This document shows positions 23,900 through 32,000 of a DNA stretch of 32,000 nucleotides, piece by piece. This DNA is from Okeania sp. (GTDB lineage: Bacteria > Cyanobacteriota > Cyanobacteriia > Cyanobacteriales > Microcoleaceae). The position numbers and the translations under genes are program-made. The notes beneath the pieces were generated by a model. The model worked only from the letters and a program-made list of their open reading frames with translations. It was not told the origin of the DNA and ran no database searches. Location of the stretch: contig NZ_JAYKGW010000179.1 in the NCBI RefSeq assembly GCF_035285525.1, forward strand, positions 13,426 through 45,425. Direction: 5' to 3'. Positions within the stretch are counted from its first letter, which is position 1, and each line of letters begins with the position of its first letter.

Positions 23900-25174
23900 T
23901 TATTCGGTTTCATTTTCTGATTCAATTTCTGAGTTGATTTCCCAATCAGAATCATCTAAATTTTTATCTACATCAGGAATATTTTCTGATTCAATTTCTG
24001 AGTTGATTTCCCAATCAGAATCATCTAAATTTTTATCTACATCAGGGATATTTTCTGATTCAATCTCTGAGTTGATTTCCCAATCAGAATCATCTAAATT
24101 TTTATCTACATCAGGGATATTTTCTGATTCAATTTCTAGATTAATTACCGTTTCAGAATCATCATTTTCGTCAGTTATAAATTCAGTTACAGTAACTGAC
24201 TCTACTTCAGAAGTTACTTCAGGTTGCGGTTCCTCGTAGATATATTCCGGGTCAACAATACTAAATGCTTCCTGGAGTGAAATTTCTCCTCGAATTATTT
24301 TACTGAAATTATCTTCCTTACCTGGTTCGTAAGTAATCAAATGAGTAGTATTATTATAAACATTATTAAATGGATTACCAAATTCATCAATATACTCCAA
24401 CTTTATCCAATTTTTTCCTGGATCAAATCCTTGTAAATATATTGATTCCCATCGATCAGTAATGAAACTGCTTCCATTAACAGTAATACGAATCCGCCAA
24501 TCATCTATCTCATCTTCTATATCTGCTTGTGCTATCAAATGTGAAGGTATATTATTAAGATAGTAGTCAACCATAATAGGTTCCGCACCATAGCTACCTA
24601 CCGGACTATTATAAGTTAACAATGGTAAGTCAGGAGTAGGATTATTATTTGGGGTCTTAGTAAAAACGTGAAATGTAGTTTGAGCGTAAGCACCTTGATT
24701 CTTAAAACTTTCATCCCACGGACTACAGGCAAAAACCCTGAGAGTATGAGTACCTGCTTCTAAATCTGATAGTACAATAGATTCACTTAGGTTATAGATT
24801 TTTGTGTAATGTTGATCGTCTAAGATTACTTCTAAATAAGGTCCTAAGTCTAGATCAGACTTAAATATAGGTAAATCTTGAACCTCAAGTTCCAGAGGAA
24901 TATCATTGTCTTCAAATATTTGATCTGGTTGCGGGTTTTGTATTTTGATTTGAGGTTGGTATTTGTCTATTGCTTGACGTAATAATTGAATTATTTCTGG
25001 TGGGGAAACTTCAGATATTTTAGGTGGAGAAATGGCTTCAGATTTCTGAAGACCAATTTTCGGTAATTCTCGGAGGCGATCGCTACAACCGACTAAACCA
25101 GATATTAAAACTACTGTAATTAGGAATGCGATAATTTTTCTCAGATATATTCTTTGCAAATTTATGCCAAACAC
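23900..25174 (-). CDS. Lipoprotein with a beta-rich middle region and an acidic C-terminal 23-aa tandem repeat
   Basis: GTG start. The signal peptide has the lipobox LVGC (..VVLISGLVGCSD). The C-terminus repeats SEIESENIPDVDKNLDDSDWEIN three times plus a partial copy. Confidence 0.7.
   Translation of the reverse strand: MFGINLQRIYLRKIIAFLITVVLISGLVGCSDRLRELPKIGLQKSEAISPPKISEVSPPEIIQLLRQAIDKYQPQIKIQNPQPDQIFEDNDIPLELEVQDLPIFKSDLDLGPYLEVILDDQHYTKIYNLSESIVLSDLEAGTHTLRVFACSPWDESFKNQGAYAQTTFHVFTKTPNNNPTPDLPLLTYNSPVGSYGAEPIMVDYYLNNIPSHLIAQADIEDEIDDWRIRITVNGSSFITDRWESIYLQGFDPGKNWIKLEYIDEFGNPFNNVYNNTTHLITYEPGKEDNFSKIIRGEISLQEAFSIVDPEYIYEEPQPEVTSEVESVTVTEFITDENDDSETVINLEIESENIPDVDKNLDDSDWEINSEIESENIPDVDKNLDDSDWEINSEIESENIPDVDKNLDDSDWEINSEIESENETE
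23912..24140. repeat. 69-bp tandem repeat, 3 near-identical copies plus a diverged partial copy
   Basis: Copies at 23912..23980, 23981..24049 and 24050..24118 differ at 1-2 positions. The fourth copy diverges after about 20 nt. Confidence 0.9.
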
Positions 25175-25510
25175 TTTCGGTACTCCTATAAATTGAGAGT
25201 TAACATTGATTTTTTTCTATAGTCAATGATAATTTTATCTGTAAAGTTTTGACACTAACTCTTAATCTTTCTGCAAATTCCTGATTGTTTCATATCTTAG
25301 ACAGTTTGTATATATTTTTCTAGGATAGTCTATATTTTTGACCTTTAGCTAACAACAGTCAATTAACTAACGCCAACATTGTTATTATGAATATAGGTTT
25401 GTAACTTTACCAGGAAATATAGTCTCACAAATAATATCATGTCCGGATCATCAGTGAGCAAGAAACCTTTTCCCTCTTCATTTTCCCCTTAAAGCTTTGT
25501 TTTTCCTTTG

Positions 25511-25552
25511 TCTTCTGCTTTCTGACCTCTGCTTTTTACCTTCTGCCCTCTG
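25511..25552. repeat. Heptamer (STRR-like) array, six units of NNNTCTG
   Basis: tcttctg ctttctg acctctg cttttta ccttctg ccctctg, about 380 nt upstream of psaA. Confidence 0.7.
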
Positions 25553-25934
25553 CAACTTTGAGTTTTGTAAAATTTTAGGGGATATATCTTGACTTTTTTT
25601 CCTTGCTGTGAGCTATAAACAATAATTTATTAATTATTTATCAAGAAATTTTAATAATTGTAAACATAGAACTTAAACTTCTGAACCAAGTCTATAATCA
25701 CCTAAAGAACGTCGCATTTACAGTGAATTGGTAAAACCAATGTCTATGTACCTGTGATATTTATGCCAAAATACTATATAGTATTGGCAGAAACAAAGAG
25801 TGTGGTGTTGCACTCTAGCAAAAAGCAGTTAAAAGCTGCAAATATGCAAAAGATATTGATAATTCTTTACAACTTTTATCAGTGTCTACAACATCAATAA
25901 TTTAGTTAGTTGTCTTTGGGAGAGGAGAGTCTTC

Positions 25935-28196
25935 ATGACCATAAGTCCTCCAGAGCGCGAGGCAAAGGTAAGAGTAACCGTTGATACTGACCCCGTACCT
26001 ACTTCCTTTGAAAAGTTTGGTAAGCCTGGTCACTTCAGTCGTACTCTTTCCAGAGGTCCAAAAACCACCACCTGGATTTGGAACCTCCATTCTAGCGCTC
26101 ACGACTTTGATAGTCACACTTCTGATTTAGAAGATGTATCGCGCAAAATCTTCAGCGCACACTTCGGCCACCTGGCCGTAATCTTTATCTGGTTGAGTGG
26201 CGCATATTTTCATGGCGCTAAATTTTCCAACTATGAAGCTTGGTTAACAGACCCTACAGGAATTAAACCAAGTGCGCAAGTTGTTTGGCCAATTGTTGGC
26301 CAAGGAATTTTAAATGGTGATGTGGGTGGTGGTTTCCATGGTATCCAAATCACCTCTGGATTATTCCAATTATGGCGTGCTTCTGGGATCACCAATGAGT
26401 ACCAACTATACTGCACAGCGATCGGTGCCTTAGTAATGGCTGCCTTAATGATGTTTGCAGGTTGGTTCCATTACCACAAGAAAGCACCTAAGTTGGAATG
26501 GTTCCAGAACGTAGAATCAATGATGAACCACCACTTAGCAGGCTTACTAGGTTTAGGTTGCTTATCTTGGGCGGGTCACCAGATTCACGTTTCTCTGCCT
26601 ATTAACAAGTTGTTAGATTCTGGGGTAGCACCAGCGGATATTCCTCTACCCCATGAATTTCTCTTTGATAAGAGCTTTATGGCAGAGTTATACCCTAGTT
26701 TTGCTAAAGGTTTAACTCCATTCTTTACATTAAATTGGGGAGAATACGCTGACTTCCTAACCTTTAAAGGTGGTTTAAATCCTGTAACAGGTGGCCTATG
26801 GTTATCTGATACAGCTCACCATCACTTAGCATTAGCGGTATTATTCATCGTTGCTGGCCACATGTACCGGACAAACTGGGGCATTGGTCACAGCATGAAA
26901 GAGATCTTAGAAGCTCATAAAGATCCACTCCTCATCGGTGGTGAAGGTCATAAAGGTCTATATGAAGCTTTAACAACTTCCTGGCACGCTCAGTTAGCAA
27001 TTAACTTGGCTATGTTAGGTTCTCTAAGCATCATTGTGGCGCATCACATGTATGCAATGCCACCATATCCCTATATTGCTACTGACTACCCAACTCAATT
27101 ATCCCTATTCACACACCATGTATGGATTGGAGGATTCTTGATTGTGGGAGCAGGATCCCATGGAGCTATTTTCATGGTGCGGGATTACGATCCAGCCAAG
27201 AATGTTAACAACGTTCTGGATAGAGTCATTCGTCACCGGGATGCAATTATCTCTCACTTGAACTGGGTTTGTATTTTCCTAGGTTTCCATAGCTTTGGTT
27301 TATACGTCCACAACGATACAATGAGAGCTTTTGGTCGTCCCCAAGATATGTTCTCTGATAGTGCTATTCAGTTACAGCCAATATTTGCTCAGTGGGTACA
27401 AAATATTCATGCTTTGGCTCCTGGCAATACTGCTCCTAATGCGTTAGCATCAGTGAGTCCAGCTTTTGGTGGGGATTTAGTAGCAGTAGGTGGGAAAGTG
27501 GCAATGATGCCAATCACATTGGGTACAGCGGACTTCATGGTTCACCATATCCATGCTTTTACTATCCACGTTACAGTTCTAATCTTACTCAAAGGTGTAC
27601 TGTTTGCTCGTAACTCTCGTCTGATTCCAGATAAGAGTCAGTTGGGCTTTGCTTTCCCTTGCGACGGTCCTGGTCGTGGTGGTACTTGTCAAGTTTCCGG
27701 TTGGGACCATGTGTTCTTAGGTCTTTTCTGGATGTACAATTCTCTGTCAATTGTAATTTTCCACTTTAGCTGGAAAATGCAGTCAGATGTTTGGGGAACA
27801 GTAGACCCAGATGGTACAGTAAGTCATATTACCTACGGTAACTTCGCTGAAAGTGCAATAACAATCAATGGTTGGTTGCGTGATTTCTTGTGGGCACAAG
27901 CATCAAACGTAATTACATCCTACGGTTCAGAATTGTCTGCTTATGGTTTATTGTTCTTAGGCGCACACTTTGTCTGGGCATTTAGCTTAATGTTCTTGTT
28001 TAGTGGTCGTGGCTACTGGCAAGAGTTGATCGAGTCTATTGTTTGGGCTCATAATAAGTTAAAGGTTGCTCCAGCAATTCAGCCTCGTGCTTTAAGCATC
28101 ACCCAAGGTCGGGCAGTAGGAGTAGCTCACTATCTCCTAGGCGGAATAGCTACAACCTGGGCATTCTTCCTGGCTAGAATAATTTCAGTAGGATAG
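25935..28196 (+). CDS. psaA: Photosystem I P700 chlorophyll a apoprotein A1
   Basis: 753 aa starting [14 protein letters not shown]. The sequence is conserved PsaA throughout and includes the FX cluster loop [21 protein letters not shown] lies upstream of the ATG. Confidence 0.98.
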   Translation: MTISPPEREAKVRVTVDTDPVPTSFEKFGKPGHFSRTLSRGPKTTTWIWNLHSSAHDFDSHTSDLEDVSRKIFSAHFGHLAVIFIWLSGAYFHGAKFSNYEAWLTDPTGIKPSAQVVWPIVGQGILNGDVGGGFHGIQITSGLFQLWRASGITNEYQLYCTAIGALVMAALMMFAGWFHYHKKAPKLEWFQNVESMMNHHLAGLLGLGCLSWAGHQIHVSLPINKLLDSGVAPADIPLPHEFLFDKSFMAELYPSFAKGLTPFFTLNWGEYADFLTFKGGLNPVTGGLWLSDTAHHHLALAVLFIVAGHMYRTNWGIGHSMKEILEAHKDPLLIGGEGHKGLYEALTTSWHAQLAINLAMLGSLSIIVAHHMYAMPPYPYIATDYPTQLSLFTHHVWIGGFLIVGAGSHGAIFMVRDYDPAKNVNNVLDRVIRHRDAIISHLNWVCIFLGFHSFGLYVHNDTMRAFGRPQDMFSDSAIQLQPIFAQWVQNIHALAPGNTAPNALASVSPAFGGDLVAVGGKVAMMPITLGTADFMVHHIHAFTIHVTVLILLKGVLFARNSRLIPDKSQLGFAFPCDGPGRGGTCQVSGWDHVFLGLFWMYNSLSIVIFHFSWKMQSDVWGTVDPDGTVSHITYGNFAESAITINGWLRDFLWAQASNVITSYGSELSAYGLLFLGAHFVWAFSLMFLFSGRGYWQELIESIVWAHNKLKVAPAIQPRALSITQGRAVGVAHYLLGGIATTWAFFLARIISVG

Positions 28197-28224
28197 AATG
28201 CAATAGCATTTTTAAGATTCTTCC

Positions 28225-28253
28225 TTGGGGATTGACTTATCCTCAATCCCCAA
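28225..28253 (+). other. Perfect 10-bp stem hairpin in the psaA-psaB spacer
   Basis: TTGGGGATTG-acttatcct-CAATCCCCAA. No clean U-tract follows it. Confidence 0.5.
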
Positions 28254-28301
28254 TTTAATCTAAATTCTCAAAGGCTCGCAAGGCTTAGATATTAAAGATT
28301 T

Positions 28302-30518
28302 ATGGCCACAAAATTCCCAAAATTCAGCCAAGACCTGGCACAAGATCCAACCACTCGTCGGATATGGTACGGGATTGCTACAGCCCATGACTTTGAAACC
28401 CATGATGGTATGACAGAAGAAAATCTTTACCAAAAGATTTTTGCTTCTCACTTCGGCCATCTAGCAATCATTTTCCTCTGGACTTCTGGTAGCCTGTTCC
28501 ACGTTGCTTGGCAAGGAAACTTTGAACAGTGGATTAAAGATCCTCTGAATGTACGTCCCATCGCCCATGCGATTTGGGATCCTCAATTTGGTCAAGGTGC
28601 AGTAGATGCCTTTACCCAAGCTGGAGCTTCTAATCCAGTAGATATAGCATATTCTGGTGTGTACCATTGGTGGTACACCATCGGCATGAGAACAAACGGA
28701 GACTTGTATCAGGGTTCCATCTTCCTCCTGATCTTGGCATCCATCATGCTGTTCGCTGGTTGGTTACACCTCCAGCCCAGTTTCCGTCCGAGCCTAGCCT
28801 GGTTCAAAAACGCTGAATCCCGCTTAAATCACCATTTAGCAGGTTTATTCGGTGTTAGTTCCTTAGCTTGGACTGGTCACTTAGTTCACGTTGCAATTCC
28901 TGAATCTCGCGGACAGCACGTTGGTTGGGATAACTTCCTCACAACTATGCCTCATCCCGCAGGTTTAGGCCCGTTCTTCTCAGGAAATTGGGGCGTTTAT
29001 GCTCAAAATCCTGACACTGTTAATCATGTGTTTGGTACTTCCGAAGGTGCGGGGACTGCAATTTTAACTTTCTTGGGTGGTTTCCATCCTCAAACTGAGT
29101 CCTTGTGGTTGACTGATATGGCTCATCACCACTTGGCGATCGCAGTTATATTCATTATTGCTGGTCACATGTACCGCACTAACTTTGGTATTGGTCACAG
29201 TATCAAAGAAATGCTTGATTCTAAAGCTGGTTTAGTTGGTGGTAAGAGTGAAGGTCAGTTCAACTTGCCTCACCAAGGTTTGTATGAAACTCTCAACAAC
29301 TCTCTACACTTCCAGTTAGCTTTAGCTCTAGCTTGTTTAGGTGTAATTACTTCCTTGGTAGCACAGCATATGTATGCTTTGCCTCCTTATGCTTTCATGT
29401 CAAGGGATTACACGACAATGGCTGCGCTTTACACCCACCACCAGTATATTGCTGGTTTCATCATGGTAGGTGCTTTTGCTCACGGTGCAATTTTCCTAGT
29501 AAGGGATTATGATCCAGAGCAAAACAAAGGTAACGTATTGGATCGTGTATTAAATCATAAAGAAGCTATCATCTCTCACTTGAGCTGGGTTTCTTTATTC
29601 TTAGGCTTCCACACTCTAGGTCTTTATGTACACAACGATGTAGTGGTTGCTTTTGGCACTCCTGAAAAGCAAATCTTGATTGAGCCAGTATTTGCTCAGT
29701 TCATTCAAGCTGCTTCCGGGAAGGCTTTATACGGAATGGATGTTTTATTATCTAACTCTGATAGTATTGCTTCCACTGCTGGTGCTGTATGGTTACCAAA
29801 TTGGTTAGAAGCTATCAATAGTGGTACTAATTCTCTGTTCTTAAGCATTGGACCTGGAGATTTCTTGGTTCACCATGCGATCGCTCTAGGTTTGCATACA
29901 ACTACTTTAATTTTGGTTAAAGGTGCGTTGGATGCTCGTGGTTCTAAGTTAATGCCAGACAAGAAAGACTTCGGTTACGCATTCCCTTGCGATGGCCCTG
30001 GTCGTGGCGGTACTTGCGATATCTCTGCTTGGGACTCTTTCTACCTATCTATGTTCTGGATGTTAAACACCATTGGTTGGGTAACATTCTACTGGCACTG
30101 GAAGAATTTGTCTGTATGGCAAGATAATTTAGCTCAGTTCAATCAATCTTCTACTTATTTGATGGGTTGGTTGCGTGATTATCTGTGGTTGAACTCTTCC
30201 CAGTTAATTAACGGTTATAATCCTTATGGAACTAATAACTTGTCTGTTTGGGCATGGATGTTCTTACTTGGACACCTTGTTTGGGCAACTGGTTTCATGT
30301 TCCTCATCTCTTGGCGTGGTTATTGGCAAGAGTTGATTGAAACTATTGTTTGGGCACATGAGCGTACTCCTCTAGCTAACTTGGTTCGCTGGAAGGATAA
30401 GCCTGTTGCTCTTTCTATTGTTCAAGCTCGTGTTGTTGGTTTAGCTCACTTCACTGCGGGTTATGTTATAACTTACGCTGCATTCTTGATAGCTTCTACT
30501 GCTGGTAAGTTCGGTTAG
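28302..30518 (+). CDS. psaB: Photosystem I P700 chlorophyll a apoprotein A2
   Basis: 738 aa starting [24 protein letters not shown]. It includes the FX loop [15 protein letters not shown] and lies 105 nt downstream of psaA. Confidence 0.98.
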   Translation: MATKFPKFSQDLAQDPTTRRIWYGIATAHDFETHDGMTEENLYQKIFASHFGHLAIIFLWTSGSLFHVAWQGNFEQWIKDPLNVRPIAHAIWDPQFGQGAVDAFTQAGASNPVDIAYSGVYHWWYTIGMRTNGDLYQGSIFLLILASIMLFAGWLHLQPSFRPSLAWFKNAESRLNHHLAGLFGVSSLAWTGHLVHVAIPESRGQHVGWDNFLTTMPHPAGLGPFFSGNWGVYAQNPDTVNHVFGTSEGAGTAILTFLGGFHPQTESLWLTDMAHHHLAIAVIFIIAGHMYRTNFGIGHSIKEMLDSKAGLVGGKSEGQFNLPHQGLYETLNNSLHFQLALALACLGVITSLVAQHMYALPPYAFMSRDYTTMAALYTHHQYIAGFIMVGAFAHGAIFLVRDYDPEQNKGNVLDRVLNHKEAIISHLSWVSLFLGFHTLGLYVHNDVVVAFGTPEKQILIEPVFAQFIQAASGKALYGMDVLLSNSDSIASTAGAVWLPNWLEAINSGTNSLFLSIGPGDFLVHHAIALGLHTTTLILVKGALDARGSKLMPDKKDFGYAFPCDGPGRGGTCDISAWDSFYLSMFWMLNTIGWVTFYWHWKNLSVWQDNLAQFNQSSTYLMGWLRDYLWLNSSQLINGYNPYGTNNLSVWAWMFLLGHLVWATGFMFLISWRGYWQELIETIVWAHERTPLANLVRWKDKPVALSIVQARVVGLAHFTAGYVITYAAFLIASTAGKFG

Positions 30519-30563
30519 TTTTTAGAGATTAGCTGAACTCTGGTTTAGTAGATTAATTAAGTT

Positions 30564-30596
30564 AAACCTCCTACCTTTTTTGGTGGAGGTTTTTTT
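30564..30596 (+). terminator. Rho-independent terminator of psaAB
   Basis: aaacctcc(t)acc-tttttt-ggtggaggttt followed by a T-run. It starts 46 nt after the psaB stop. Confidence 0.7.
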
Positions 30597-30908
30597 GCGT
30601 TATGACTGGGAGCATCGGGCAGACAGAGATTTGCCCACGGATCTACAGATTAACTGATGGGATGAGTTGACAGTCTTTGGTTTTACAGTTTATAGCGGTT
30701 TTCACAAAGGTAGACTACAGACAAAATATAAATATTTTTGAAGTTTAATAATTACAGATATGATAGCTGTATTCTATGTTAATGAAAACCGCTATAAGCT
30801 TTGGATAACTATAAATATTGCGATCGCCTTTTTTTAGTTATAAAGTTAGTAATGTTGTACAAAATATAGAAAAAGATGAGTTATTTCAGAAATTAATCTG
30901 ATCATTGG

Positions 30909-31490
30909 TTGGACACAGAAAAAACAAGATTAGAAAGAGAAAGATGGAACTCAGAAAGTGAAAACATATACGATCTGGAGGATCGATTGAGTGATATCAA
31001 AGAAGAGATTAACAGACGTGCAAGAGAACAAGAAACAAGGGAAAAAAGGGTTGATAGAGGAAAAAGCACCAAGACTGAAAATAAAGGGGGATATTCGGGA
31101 TGTTTATGGTTAATAATATTTATTCTAGTTTGGTTTGTTTACTCTCTTTTCCATCAAGAAAAACCACGAACTTTAGTAAGCAAAGATGGAGACCTGAAGA
31201 TTAAACATTTACTTTCCTATCAAGAAGCTTGCGAAACAGGACAAGCAAGAAGTTCTTATAAAACTAAAAAAGGACTCGAAGGCGAATTATATCCTACTAA
31301 GTGTAATCAAGAACTGGGTAACGTTGAAGAATATTCATTTCTTGATAATAGGGACGATAATAGATGTCAAGGAATCGCAAAAATTAGCACTGTTGAAGGA
31401 AAGATTTTTACATACTGGAGAGTTGATAAAAAAGTTCCAGGTTATATTTATGAAACTGTTGGAGAAACATATAATGTAGAAATGAATTAG
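30909..31490 (+). CDS. Membrane-anchored protein: Glu/Arg/Lys-rich N-terminus, one TM, ~110-aa Cys-containing C-terminal domain (paralogue 3 of the small-protein family)
   Basis: 193-codon ORF. The only available start is TTG 30909, with a stop two codons further upstream and no obvious SD. The N-terminus RLERERWNSESENIYDL resembles REREMKRNESENSDL of 5380..5613. GGYSGCLWLIIFILVWF resembles the GCGCMIFASIALILLF anchor of 6743..7006. Confidence 0.45.
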   Translation: MDTEKTRLERERWNSESENIYDLEDRLSDIKEEINRRAREQETREKRVDRGKSTKTENKGGYSGCLWLIIFILVWFVYSLFHQEKPRTLVSKDGDLKIKHLLSYQEACETGQARSSYKTKKGLEGELYPTKCNQELGNVEEYSFLDNRDDNRCQGIAKISTVEGKIFTYWRVDKKVPGYIYETVGETYNVEMN

Positions 31491-31598
31491 TTTAAAAAAA
31501 GCTATTTCATATTAGAACTTGCTTTTGGACTACGAATATAAAACTTTATGTTGAAAACTTCTACAATACTTTTTAGATAGATGACTTTAAAACCTTGT

Positions 31599-31630
31599 AG
31601 GGACGTTCTATGGAACGTCTTTATTTATTC
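31599..31630 (+). terminator. Possible terminator hairpin
   Basis: agggacgttc-tatg-gaacgtcttt (10-bp stem with two G-U pairs) followed by T-rich sequence. It lies about 110 nt after the stop at 31490. Confidence 0.35.
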
Positions 31631-31880
31631 TTTGTTTCTTTTTCTTTCTATGAGAAAATAACCTTCTTTTTTATAAGCAAAGAATCTTCTGCCGATGAAA
31701 ATTTATTATCATTGTTTCATGGGCGTTGGTAGTTGGATGATTTTTTACTAAGGATGATACTTATTATTTGCTCTAGTTAAGTATTTTATAAGTATTAGAA
31801 ACAAATTACTCAAGTTTATCTCTTGATTTAGCAACGCCCTTTCATGTGCAGCTCCACTAAATCTATATTTATAAATTATC

Positions 31881-32000
31881 ATGTCAACTTCTACCGAAAA
31901 TCTCTACAATTTTGTCATTTTCTGTCAACAACACATCACTGGAGATGAAAAAGGGGAGGCACAAATATTTTTAGACCGTTTTTTTCAAGCTTTCGGACAT
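31881..32000 (+). CDS. 5' fragment (40 codons, runs off the window) of an MmeI-like type IIG/IIL restriction-modification enzyme or related DNA methyltransferase
   Basis: MSTSTENLYNFVIFCQQHITGDEKGEAQIFLDRFFQAFGH. The ...E..AQ.FL..FF..FG. block is the N-terminal signature I recall from MmeI (ENSQAKPFLIDFFEVFGI) and PglX-like methyltransferases. Confidence 0.4.
   Translation, partial: MSTSTENLYNFVIFCQQHITGDEKGEAQIFLDRFFQAFGH

Noticed and set aside
23934-24239. 101-codon plus-strand ORF with repeated SESSKFLSTSGIFSDSISELI
   Set aside because: It is antisense to the 69-bp tandem repeat inside the lipoprotein gene. The minus-strand frame is continuous with a 424-aa protein carrying a lipobox, so the plus-strand ORF is a by-product of the repeat.
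25560-25934. RpaB/HLR1-type direct repeats ((G/T)TTACA(T/A)(T/A) N2 repeat) in the psaA upstream region
   Set aside because: Only isolated half-site-like octamers were found (for example TTTACAAT on the minus strand near 25660, and TTTACAAC near 25866). None has a properly spaced second half-site, so I cannot support a call.
25935-30518. Possibility that psaA/psaB are far-red (FaRLiP) or otherwise divergent paralogues
   Set aside because: There are no accompanying psaL/I/F/J or apc/psb paralogues and no rfpABC genes. Lengths and motifs look like the standard operon. This cannot be settled without alignment, but nothing suggests it.
1-32000. tRNA, rRNA, tmRNA or RNase P genes
   Set aside because: I scanned for GTTCGA/GGTTCGAATCC-type T-arm motifs and cloverleaf-compatible flanks. 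The only hits lie within CDSs or lack acceptor-stem pairing, so none is reported.

Overview
This is an AT-rich cyanobacterial chromosomal segment, most likely from a filamentous Nostocales-type strain. Support: the psaA-psaB photosystem I core operon, dxr, an M50 site-2 protease, about 11 copies of the HIP1 octamer GCGATCGC, heptamer STRR-like arrays and many small nested MITE/SDR-like repeats. Content from left to right: (1) a TIR-like gene whose downstream part has decayed (188-1669); (2) a LOG-family gene; (3) a 7.4-kb minus-strand envelope/glycan-type cluster with two paralogous DUF2079 (GT-C-like) membrane proteins, two paralogous small charged/TM proteins with duplicated ~400-bp leaders, a DUF6625-like glycosyltransferase and a sulfotransferase; (4) a 3.3-kb ORF-free tract holding a 292-bp tandem duplication with promoter-like palindromic cores, split by a 613-bp repeat insertion; (5) a 1284-aa fusion of a 12-Asp-box BNR propeller region to a GT-C (GT39/PMT_2-like) glycosyltransferase; (6) dxr with an unusual C-terminal TPR extension; (7) the M50 protease; (8) a solo IS607-type tnpA with an in-frame TGA; (9) a lipoprotein with near-perfect 69-bp tandem repeats; (10) psaA-psaB with a terminator; (11) a third member of the small charged/TM protein family; (12) the first 40 codons of an MmeI-like restriction-modification/methyltransferase gene at the right edge. 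I recognised no rRNA, tRNA or CRISPR array. The best candidates for something undescribed are the GT-C/sulfotransferase locus with the BNR::GT-C fusion, the ORF-free tract with duplicated promoter-like units, and the three-member small-protein family. All calls rest on by-eye motif recognition and need HMM/BLAST confirmation.
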